Source of the DNA: Dehalococcoidia bacterium
Lineage (GTDB): Bacteria; Chloroflexota; Dehalococcoidia; UBA6926
Assembly: GCA_965205915.1 (NCBI GenBank)
Contig: OZ242191.1
Coordinates: 1,070,003 to 1,134,002 of the forward strand
Direction: 5' to 3'
DNA: 64,000 nucleotides
Position numbers and translations under genes: made by a program. Shown here in pieces: positions 28,473-36,566 of this stretch. Within the stretch, counting starts at the first letter, position 1, and each line of letters begins with the position of its first letter. The notes under the pieces were generated by a model. The model made no database searches. It had not been told where the DNA came from and saw only the letters and a program-made list of their open reading frames with translations.

Positions 28473-28717
28473 TGCGGTTTCGCGCCGAACAACTCTGCGT
28501 CGCGCTCGGCGCGCGCTTCCGCAATCAACGTTGCCGCGTCGACGCCCAGATCCGTCGTTGGGAGTTGAGCCCAACGCTCCTGCCACTCCCGGCGCTTCAG
28601 CTCGCGCTCGACGGCGGTGAGGACGATTGCGCTCATGCTGGAGTTGTTCTCCTGCGCAAGGCGGCGAAGGCGTTTGTGGAGGTCGTCCGGTATGTTTCTT
28701 ACTTGAAGATTAGGCAT
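28469..28717 (-). CDS. vapB: Ribbon-helix-helix (CopG/FitA-like) antitoxin VapB
   Basis: 'MPNLQVRNIPDDLHKRLRRLAQENNSSMSAIV' is an RHH fold signature. Coupled to vapC. Confidence 0.65.
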   Translation of the reverse strand: MPNLQVRNIPDDLHKRLRRLAQENNSSMSAIVLTAVERELKRREWQERWAQLPTTDLGVDAATLIAEARAERDAELFGAKPQ

Positions 28718-28812
28718 GTAGTGAAGATAGCATGAAGTCTTCATGAAGCCAAGATGATTGGTGCATGACGCGGGTTTGGCGGGGATGAGTGCGACGGCGC
28801 AATGGAGGCTTT

Positions 28813-28960
28813 GGATTCTTCGCTGCGCTCAGAATGACATGTTGAGGGGCGGGAACGGCATGCGGACTGAGTCAGGAGGACATGCCGATTGTGATGGGTT
28901 GGCGTTTTTAGGGTTGGTTGGGGAATGGAGGTTAAGATTCCCGCGTTCGCGGGAATGACG
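28813..28960. repeat. Composite REP element (family B ... conserved spacer ... family A)
   Basis: B at 28813..28839 and A at 28936..28960. The spacer 'GGTTGGCGTT..GGGTTGGTTGGGGAATGGAG' is shared with the composite at 52430..52533. Confidence 0.75.
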
Positions 28961-29125
28961 GAGTGGGGGCGGGAATGACGGTGGGGGCGGGGGAGCGCGG
29001 CGGCTTGCGGGGGGGCGGGCAAAAGGGGCAACATGGGCGGGCGGTGGGCCATCGTCGGCGATGGTCGTCGCGGGCGGGTTAGCTGCATGAGCGGCGGGAG
29101 AGCAAATTTAGTTTGGGGGGATTTC

Positions 29126-29890
29126 ATGGCTGATTACGAGGGCATGATTGCGGAGATCACGACGGTGAAGGGTCACAACGGCGATGCCATTTCGGCGTAT
29201 TTCGCTCGGCCGCTTGGGCCGGGGCCGTTTCCTGGGGTCGTTTTGATCCACCACGCGCCCGGGTGGGATGAGTGGTATCGGGAGGCGACGCGCAAGTTCG
29301 CGCATCACGGCTATTTGGCCATCTCGCCGAATCTGTATGAGCGCGAGGGTAGCGGCAGCGCGGATGACGTTGCTGCTGCGGTGAGGGCAGCCGGCGGTGT
29401 GGCGGATGAACAGGCCGTGGGCGACATCGTGGGATCGATGCAGTTCCTCCGGGCGCTGCCGCAGACGAACGGCAAGGTTGGGGTGTTCGGCACATGCTCA
29501 GGCGGACGACAGGCCTACCTGGCAGGATGCGCGGGCGGATTCAATCCGGATGCGCGGTTCGATGCCGTCGTGAACTGCTGGGGCGGACGCGTGGTGATGA
29601 CCGACGATGAGAAGTCGGAAAAGATGCCCGTCGCGCCAATCGATTACACGCCGAACCTGAGCGCGCCGATCCTCGGTCTGTTCGGCAACGACGACATGAA
29701 TCCGACGCCGGCGCACGTCAACGCGCTTGAAGAGGCGCTGAAGGAGCACGGGAAGGATTACGAGTTCCATCGCTATGACGGCGCGGGACATGGTTTCTTC
29801 TACCACGATCGGCCGAATTACCGCATCGAGCAGGCGCTGGACGGGTGGGAGAAGCTCTTCCACTTCTTCGAGCAGCATCTCTCTGCCTGA
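29126..29890 (+). CDS. Dienelactone hydrolase-family protein
   Basis: Start at MADYEG. 'GTCSGGRQA' nucleophile Cys-type DLH motif and 'YDGAGHGF'. Confidence 0.7.
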   Translation: MADYEGMIAEITTVKGHNGDAISAYFARPLGPGPFPGVVLIHHAPGWDEWYREATRKFAHHGYLAISPNLYEREGSGSADDVAAAVRAAGGVADEQAVGDIVGSMQFLRALPQTNGKVGVFGTCSGGRQAYLAGCAGGFNPDARFDAVVNCWGGRVVMTDDEKSEKMPVAPIDYTPNLSAPILGLFGNDDMNPTPAHVNALEEALKEHGKDYEFHRYDGAGHGFFYHDRPNYRIEQALDGWEKLFHFFEQHLSA

Positions 29891-29932
29891 GCCGGAACGC
29901 ACCCTATCGAAACGCAACAGGAGACAAACTTC

Positions 29933-30217
29933 ATGTGTACCTGGATTGTTCAGACGGCAAAGCTGAATGGGAGCGGGAAGGCCGCGGGCGGTTGGATACC
30001 CGTAACGAAGGCGAACGTGTGCTACGACCATCCCGCCCACGCGTTCATGGAGCACAGCCTCAACATCGACTTTGTAAATGAGAACGCGGGGCCGGACGCT
30101 CGGGTTGCCGTGGAGATCAGCGCGGAGTCGGCACAGGAGTTGGTGAACGCGATTCTCGCCGCGCTGGAAGAGGGTAGCAAGGAGCACGGGGATCTGTTGG
30201 CGGCTACGCACGCGTAG
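29933..30217 (+). CDS. Small hypothetical protein
   Basis: 94 aa ORF with protein-like composition and no recognised motif. Confidence 0.35.
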   Translation: MCTWIVQTAKLNGSGKAAGGWIPVTKANVCYDHPAHAFMEHSLNIDFVNENAGPDARVAVEISAESAQELVNAILAALEEGSKEHGDLLAATHA

Positions 30218-30347
30218 TTTTGCGCTTTCGCGGGAATCACGCGTGGGACAGCGCGAACGACGGGGGTTTTGGTGGGCGAATACGCTCCACGTGATTGGTC
30301 AGATTCGTATGATGTAGTTATGGACGACATCGAACGAGTCGGCGGAT

Positions 30348-30941
30348 TTGGTTGCGATCCCGGAAAGGATAAATGACATGGTAAACGGAAGCGGAGACGG
30401 TGGACGGCAGTTGCAGGTGGCCACGCTCGGCGGCGGGTGCTTCTGGTGCCTTGAGGCCGTGTATGAGCTGGTGAAGGGCGTCGAGAGTGTCGTGTCCGGC
30501 TATGCGGGCGGGCATGTGGCGAATCCAAGCTATGAGCAGGTCTGCATGGGAACGACCGGCCACGCGGAGGTGACGCAGGTCACGTTCGACCCGGAGGTCG
30601 TTTCCCTTGACCATGTGCTCGATATTTTCTTCACGATCCATGACCCAACGACGCTGAATCGGCAGGGGTATGACGTCGGCACGCAGTATCGTTCGATCAT
30701 CTTGTACCACGATGATGATCAGAAGGCGGAGGCCGAGGCGGCGATCAAGCGTGTTGTCGACGAGGGGTTGTATCGGGAGCCGATCGTGACGCAGGTGGAG
30801 CCTCTGGAGGTGTTTTATTCAGGGGAGGATTACCACCAGCAGTACTTCCGCAGCAATCCGGGCGCGTCGTATTGCCAGGTGATCATCGAGCCGAAGGTGG
30901 CGAAGTTCCGCGCGAAGTATCTGGCGGATTTGCGGGTATAG
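30348..30941 (+). CDS. msrA: Peptide methionine sulfoxide reductase A
   Basis: 'ATLGGGCFWCLEAVY' active-site signature. Confidence 0.9.
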   Translation: MVAIPERINDMVNGSGDGGRQLQVATLGGGCFWCLEAVYELVKGVESVVSGYAGGHVANPSYEQVCMGTTGHAEVTQVTFDPEVVSLDHVLDIFFTIHDPTTLNRQGYDVGTQYRSIILYHDDDQKAEAEAAIKRVVDEGLYREPIVTQVEPLEVFYSGEDYHQQYFRSNPGASYCQVIIEPKVAKFRAKYLADLRV

Positions 30942-30980
30942 GTGCGGCGAGGCGGAGTTGGGCCACGAAATTGAGGTGAA

Positions 30981-31005
30981 GATTCCCGCCTTCGCGGGAA
31001 TGACG
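30981..31005. repeat. REP family A copy, followed by a short tandem 'GGGTGACAGGCCCGATGGC' x2
   Basis: GATTCCCGCCTTCGCGGGAATGACG, then the half-repeat GGGAATGACGG, then a 19-bp tandem duplication at 31051..31088. Confidence 0.75.
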
Positions 31006-31113
31006 GGTGGGTGGCGGGAATGACGGTGCGGCCGGATTGACGGGTGACAGGCCCGATGGCGGGTGACAGGCCCGATGGCGGGTGTGACGGGACGCCGAGG
31101 CGGAGGAGAGGTA

Positions 31114-31506
31114 ATGAGCACGACGGATGATGGGCAGTATCGCGAGAAGTTGACGGACATTCAGTACCATGTGGCGCGGGAGAAGGGTACGGAGCCGCCG
31201 TTCACGGGACTCTATTGGAATGAGCATGAGCCCGGCGTGTATCGGTGCATCTGCTGCGATACGCCTCTGTTCAGTTCCGAGACGAAGTACGACTCCGGCA
31301 CGGGATGGCCGAGCTTTTACCAGCCGCTGGAGGGCGCGGTCGTCAAGGAGGAGGAGGACCGAGCCCTCGGCATGGTTCGGACCGAGGTGATGTGCGGGAA
31401 CTGTGACGCGCACCTGGGACACATCTTCCCGGACGGGCCTGCGCCGACCGGCTTGCGCTATTGCCTGAACTCCGCGTCACTACGGCTTGATACGGAATCC
31501 GACTAG
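31114..31506 (+). CDS. msrB: Peptide methionine sulfoxide reductase B
   Basis: Start MSTTDDGQY. 'CGNCDAHLGHIFPDGP' and the 'CICCDTPLF' zinc-site Cys pairs. Confidence 0.9.
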   Translation: MSTTDDGQYREKLTDIQYHVAREKGTEPPFTGLYWNEHEPGVYRCICCDTPLFSSETKYDSGTGWPSFYQPLEGAVVKEEEDRALGMVRTEVMCGNCDAHLGHIFPDGPAPTGLRYCLNSASLRLDTESD

Positions 31507-31568
31507 CGCCTGGCAGTAGGCGATATACTAAACGCGGCAGATCCAGCCGAAGGGTGGTCAGCGAGAAC

Positions 31569-31853
31569 ATGGCGGCAAGTTTGAAGGTTCCTACAGCGAT
31601 GCGGCGCATCACGGATGGCGTCGATCGTATAGACGTGCCATCCGGGCCGCTGACGGATGCGCTTGAGGTGTTGGAAGCTCGCTTTCCGGGCATCAAGGCA
31701 CGTGTGTTGGACGACGTGACGGGGGATATTCACCCGTTCATCTCCATCTTCCTGAACGACAACGATATCCAGTACCTGCGCGGGCTTGAGACTATGGTCA
31801 AGGACGGCGATGAGATCGTCATCGTGCCGGCTATCGCGGGCGGGGCGTCATGA
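31569..31853 (+). CDS. MoaD/ThiS-family ubiquitin-like sulfur-carrier-like protein ending GG-AS
   Basis: '...MVKDGDEIVIVPAIAGGAS*' is a beta-grasp C-terminal signature, with two extra residues after the Gly-Gly. An alternative GTG start lies at 31554. Confidence 0.6.
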   Translation: MAASLKVPTAMRRITDGVDRIDVPSGPLTDALEVLEARFPGIKARVLDDVTGDIHPFISIFLNDNDIQYLRGLETMVKDGDEIVIVPAIAGGAS

Positions 31854-31978
31854 TCTACCGGCGTCGTCGCGGCTCTGATATGACGCAGACGCTGATGTGG
31901 GTCGGCGTTGTGCTGGTGGTGCTGGTGCTGATCATCGCGGCGTTCGAGAAGGGCGACGGACAAGCCTTCGGCGAATAG
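31850..31978 (+). CDS. 42-aa small hydrophobic peptide (below the ORF-track cutoff), ATGA-coupled to the MoaD-like gene
   Basis: MIYRRRRGSDMTQTLMWVGVVLVVLVLIIAAFEKGDGQAFGE*. The start codon overlaps the upstream stop. Confidence 0.3.
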   Translation: MIYRRRRGSDMTQTLMWVGVVLVVLVLIIAAFEKGDGQAFGE

Positions 31979-32532
31979 CTTTTTTTGAAGTTCGCGCCTA
32001 GCCTCTGCTTTTGAAGAGGTCGGTTTGCCGCGTTCCGGCCTCGGTAGCCCCTTCCGCGTAGCTAGTGCTTGATAAAGCAACAGGCCCGGACTTTTTCAAG
32101 GTCCGAGCCTGTCGTGCGATCGCATCGTTTCTTCGGGCGGTTTGTTTGGGCGCTCCTGCTAATCCACCCGCTTCACCACTTTGACGGCCGTCTTTTGGTG
32201 TCGCGCGGCAGCGCATAAAGTGGGCGCCACTTGCCGCCCTGTTTGCCCCGCTATGTCGGGGTGGCTGATCTGATGCCGCTCAGCGGCTCAGCCGATCCTC
32301 TCGACAGCGAGGCTTGCGTAAGGGAACTTCCGTGTGACGTACTCCGCGTAGATACGCATCATGTCGTCTTTCCCTCCTTCATGCCGGCTCCCGAGGGGCC
32401 GGGTCTTTGGGGCCGTAGCCCCTTCAATCGGAACTTTACCCATGAGGGCATACGGTGTCAACATTGTGCGTTTGTTCACTAATGGAGGGACTCACCCTGA
32501 CCCTCTCCCCGTCGTCGCTGCCGAGCCGGCCG

Positions 32533-33753
32533 TCAACCCTGAGACGGCGACGGCTCGCAGTAGGGCAGATTGAGGGCAGAGAGGTCGTTGATGGCCACGC
32601 CCCGGAGCGCCAGCGGGATGCAGCCGGTGAAGTTGTTGCCCGAAAGGGACAGGGTATTTAGCATGGCGAGATTGCCCACTGCGGGGAGTATTGTGCCCGT
32701 CAGGCTGTTGTCTGAGAGCCGGAATTCCTGAAGATTTGACCACTGTGCGAGCCCCCTCAACATCTCCCCGGTCAAGGCGTTGTGGCTTAGATCCAGGTGC
32801 GTCAGAGCGGAGAGGTACCGCAGCTGGATGGACATAAATCCCATCAGGCGTCGATTGGGCAACAGGAGCCTTGTAATTCGCTGTGGGGTCCCCTCCATCG
32901 TCACCCCTTCCCAACTTGTAATAGGGGTGTCCAGACTCCAGTTGAGGACCTCCGCGCCCCCAAGGTAGTCTTTCACGGTGAGCAGGTATATGCAGTCACG
33001 CATGAGGCCGGGATTGTCGGCCTCATGCGGTATTGCGCGGGCGCACGGCGCTTCGATGATGTTGGGTTCGCCGTAGCCGGAGTACGTGTACTCCACAACG
33101 CGAATTTCAGTATTAGACGAGCCGTCGTATCCCGGTGGAAAAAACGTTCTGCGGCCCCGAATTGGCCACCCTGCGGAATCGGCCCAGTACTCGACCCGCG
33201 TGGCTCCCTCTTGTTCAGACAGGAATCTTTCGGACACATAGTGCGGCTCATCAGATGAGCCGGAGGCTGCTTCTTCGACGCTGCTCGGGTCCAGACATAT
33301 CGGTCGGGTGAACAACTGACGAACGTTGGTATGAACACCCCATTCGCCGTAGACCTCGGGTTTGCCCGGCGCGCTTTCCCGGGAGTAATACGTGTCGTCC
33401 TTAAATATGTGTTCGTCCTTGCCCAATAGGACGCCTTCGGGGTCGCTAAACGTCGTCAGGAAGTGCTCGTCGCTCCCCGAGTATCGAAACTCTGCTTTCA
33501 ATCCCGTGAATAGCGCCGCTCCTGTCACCATGGCGTCAAACGGTGTGTATATCAGATTGCAGGCCACTCCCGCAATTGCCGGGGCAGAGGTTGGCGTGGG
33601 CGTGGATACCGCGGTAGGCGTAGGGTCAGTGACTGGCCTGAGTGTCGGCGTGGGGCTAGAAGGCGGCACAGGTTCGGGCGCAGCTGTGCCGCAGCCGGTG
33701 AGCAGGAGAAGCGCTGCAAGTAGGACGAGGATTGGTGGCGCGTGCCTGAGCAT
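32533..33753 (-). CDS. Lipoprotein with an unknown N-terminal domain and a C-terminal plant-type LRR module with an LRRNT-like cap
   Basis: Lipobox 'LLLTGC'. 'DNPGLMRDCIYLLTVKDYLGGAEVLNWSLDTPITSWEGVTMEG' then 4 LRRs, ending '...LNLPYCEPSP'. Confidence 0.75.
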   Translation of the reverse strand: MLRHAPPILVLLAALLLLTGCGTAAPEPVPPSSPTPTLRPVTDPTPTAVSTPTPTSAPAIAGVACNLIYTPFDAMVTGAALFTGLKAEFRYSGSDEHFLTTFSDPEGVLLGKDEHIFKDDTYYSRESAPGKPEVYGEWGVHTNVRQLFTRPICLDPSSVEEAASGSSDEPHYVSERFLSEQEGATRVEYWADSAGWPIRGRRTFFPPGYDGSSNTEIRVVEYTYSGYGEPNIIEAPCARAIPHEADNPGLMRDCIYLLTVKDYLGGAEVLNWSLDTPITSWEGVTMEGTPQRITRLLLPNRRLMGFMSIQLRYLSALTHLDLSHNALTGEMLRGLAQWSNLQEFRLSDNSLTGTILPAVGNLAMLNTLSLSGNNFTGCIPLALRGVAINDLSALNLPYCEPSPSQG

Positions 33754-33816
33754 CTTCGTTTCATTGTAACGCGACGGGAGCTCGCCTCAAAGCCATCAAC
33801 CCTGCGACGGCGGCGG

Positions 33817-35136
33817 CTAGCAATAGGGCAGGTTCAGCGATGCCAGGTCGTTTGTGGGCACGTTCTCCAGGGCGATGGGGATGCAACCGGTGAGGGAGTT
33901 CCTCGCCAGGCGAATCTCATCCAGGCCTGATAGCTGTCCCACTTCCGGCGGAATGTTCCCCGTGAGGCTCTTGTTTGTCAGCACCAGCTTTGTTACCCGA
34001 ATCGGCGTTCCCTCGACGGTTACGCCGTTCCAGTTAGCGATGGATTTGTCCAGGCCCCAGTTCAGCGTGGCGGTTCCCCGGAGTGTGTCCTTGGCCGCCA
34101 GGAGCGCAAAGCAGTCGGTCATGAGGCCGGGATTGTCGAGCTGGTTGGATACGATGAGTCCACATGGCGGCGGTGGTTGCACAGGCGGGCCGTCAGAGTG
34201 GTTGTAGGCGCCGGTATCTCTGTAGAACTGACTCAGTTGATTGGCGTCAGTGATCAGCAAGGGCAGGTCTTCATCGGCGCCGATTCGCCCGCTGTATTCG
34301 GTGACGCGCTCCTGGTGGGCCTCCGTCACTGCCCGTCTAAAGGCGGGGAGTTCCATCCCCAGTTGGGAGCGGTAAGTCCTATAGTCGTCGGAATAAGCTC
34401 TCCACAAGTCTCTAAGAGGATGAACGGCGATCACAGAGCCGTCCTCCTGCCGCTCTACATCCCAAGTAATGAACTCCTCCCACGTCTCTACCGCGTTGAA
34501 GAGCTCCCATGCCTCGGCCGAGGCGTCATACCACGGGCCGATGAACAAGATAACCTCAGCGCCTTCAATCCCGCCCGGCGCAATACCGGCGGCGGAACTG
34601 AAGTATCCACCTTCAACGAACCTCCGTTCGTTATAGATTCGCGATCCCCGCGCGTGCTCTTGCCTTTCCTCTTCACTTATTTCTGCAGGAGAATACGAAT
34701 AGGAACTCTCATCCACCAGGACTGTAAGAATAGGCGGTCCAGAGCCGAGGACGTCGGAATTCACACGCACGCCCACGTAACACCTGGTCGCAGTAGCGTG
34801 TATCCATTCAGACTCATCGTTCGTGTTGTCGTCTGGAGGCCAGCGAAATCGGGCGTCTGAAACGTTGCACCGAACCGTGCCGGGGAGGTAAGTGCCGCGC
34901 AGTACAATAGAGTTGACCCAGGCCGTGCTAGGGGAAAAGGGCTCAAGGAAAGACCGCATCGGCAGGAAGTTGGGAGTAAGGACTCCGTCGGCCAGCCAGT
35001 ACACGTCAGGCTCGCAGGGATCCAAGGCAGAGCCTTCCACCGGCGTGCAGGGGGGGTATTTCTTCCTCAAGGTATCCGGAGTACGGCGAAGTGGACTGTC
35101 CGTCATCACACGCCGCGAGCAGTAGAATCGCTGCAA
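33817..35136 (-). CDS. Paralogous LRR lipoprotein; the signal peptide lies in a different frame (35086..35172) across a C7 tract
   Basis: The body 'DNPGLMTDCFALLAAKDTLRGTATLNWGLDKSIANWNGVTVEG' plus LRRs is in one frame. The signal peptide 'MSRYAPPILALIAAILLLAACDDGQ' is in another frame. A G7/C7 run at 35050..35056 lies between them. Confidence 0.65.
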   Translation of the reverse strand: MQRFYCSRRVMTDSPLRRTPDTLRKKYPPCTPVEGSALDPCEPDVYWLADGVLTPNFLPMRSFLEPFSPSTAWVNSIVLRGTYLPGTVRCNVSDARFRWPPDDNTNDESEWIHATATRCYVGVRVNSDVLGSGPPILTVLVDESSYSYSPAEISEEERQEHARGSRIYNERRFVEGGYFSSAAGIAPGGIEGAEVILFIGPWYDASAEAWELFNAVETWEEFITWDVERQEDGSVIAVHPLRDLWRAYSDDYRTYRSQLGMELPAFRRAVTEAHQERVTEYSGRIGADEDLPLLITDANQLSQFYRDTGAYNHSDGPPVQPPPPCGLIVSNQLDNPGLMTDCFALLAAKDTLRGTATLNWGLDKSIANWNGVTVEGTPIRVTKLVLTNKSLTGNIPPEVGQLSGLDEIRLARNSLTGCIPIALENVPTNDLASLNLPYC

Positions 35137-35510
35137 TCAGGGCGAGGATTGGTGGAGCGTATCTGGACATCAACGTTTTCCACTGCGAGCAGTGATCCAA
35201 TCCCCCTCAGCAGCTCACGGGTTCGATGTCCCGGCTATGCCCACGACGTTGGTAGCCAAACACCATCAGTATACGGATGCCAAAAGTGGGAACAAGCGCT
35301 ATGCGTGTGCCACGTCGGGAGCGGCCACGCTCTCTTCCCCGCAGTACGAGGTCCCGAGGTGGTCGAGTTCTCGGGCCGCGCCTTCGGGGCAGCGGATCGG
35401 CCTCATCGGCGGAGGGAGAGGGTGCAGATTCTTCGCATCGCTCAGAATGACAGGGGATTGCGGGGTATGCTGGTTAGACGATTTGGCCCTGTATCTATCT
35501 CAAATACATA

Positions 35511-36566
35511 ATGGCGCTTGCTTACACACTCGGACTTCGCGCGCTCAGCCTTGTGGGCGTGTTGTTTATCGTCCTTTTGCTGGTCGTCGTGACGCTTGGC
35601 GCGACGGGGTTTTCTGACCGCATGTTGACGGCCATCGTGTCCGAGGAGATGCGGGGAACGCGGCAGGGGCTGGCTGAGACAATCAAGGATCCGGAGAGGC
35701 TCGAGGAGACGCTGCGGGAGCGGCGGGTAGAGCTCGAGGAGTTCTATGGGCTGGATCGCTCCTGGTACACGCGGCTCCCGGGGATGGTTGGGCGCGTTCT
35801 GACGCTTGATCTTGGGTCGGCGCGCAACTTACGGAGCTTTGACGGATCGTCTCGTGTGACGGACATCGTGCTGGAGCGGGTGCCGTACTCGATCATGCTG
35901 GTGACGACGTCGTTGATCATTACGGCGATCATCGGCTTATGGCTGGGAGCAAAGCTGGCGACGCGTGTGGGGACGCGGGGGGATCGGCTCGCGTCGTATT
36001 TGGCTGCGGCGTCGAATGCGCTGCCGGCGTGGTGGGCGGGCATCCTGCTCATTCTCGTGCTGTCGTTCCAGCTGCGAATCTTTCCATCCGGCGGGCTATA
36101 CAGTTCGCCGCCGCCGGATGGGGGGCTGCTGCGGTTCATGGACCTTTTGTGGCACGCGGCGCTGCCGATATTGACGCTTGTGCTGGTCTCCGTGGGCGCG
36201 TGGACGTACGTGGTGCGGACGATGTTGCTGAATACGGCGCAGGAGTTCCATGTGACGGCGGCGCGGGCGCGAGGGATACCGGAAGGACAGGTGATGCGGC
36301 GGCACATACTGCGCGTCGCCGCGCCGCCGATCGCGACGAATATCATCCTCGCGCTGACGGGTTCCATCGGCGGGGCGATCCTGACGGAGACGGTGTTCAA
36401 CTGGCCGGGGATGGGGCGGCTGTATTTCGACGCGATCACGACGGCGGATGAGGCCGTCATCGTGGCGCTGACGTTCCTCTTCACGTTGATGTACGTGACG
36501 GCGCGGTTTGTGCTGGAGGTGCTGTACGTGGTGCTTGATCCGCGCGTGAGGTACACGTCGCAATGA
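35511..36566 (+). CDS. oppB: Peptide/nickel ABC transporter permease (OppB/DppB type)
   Basis: 351 aa, 6 TM helices. Conserved 'EAA'-like loop. Confidence 0.8.
   Translation: MALAYTLGLRALSLVGVLFIVLLLVVVTLGATGFSDRMLTAIVSEEMRGTRQGLAETIKDPERLEETLRERRVELEEFYGLDRSWYTRLPGMVGRVLTLDLGSARNLRSFDGSSRVTDIVLERVPYSIMLVTTSLIITAIIGLWLGAKLATRVGTRGDRLASYLAAASNALPAWWAGILLILVLSFQLRIFPSGGLYSSPPPDGGLLRFMDLLWHAALPILTLVLVSVGAWTYVVRTMLLNTAQEFHVTAARARGIPEGQVMRRHILRVAAPPIATNIILALTGSIGGAILTETVFNWPGMGRLYFDAITTADEAVIVALTFLFTLMYVTARFVLEVLYVVLDPRVRYTSQ

Noticed and set aside
29498-30211. 237-aa minus-strand ORF
   Set aside because: It overlaps the dienelactone hydrolase gene and the 29933 ORF on the opposite strand. Its Arg-rich composition is typical of a GC-rich antisense frame.
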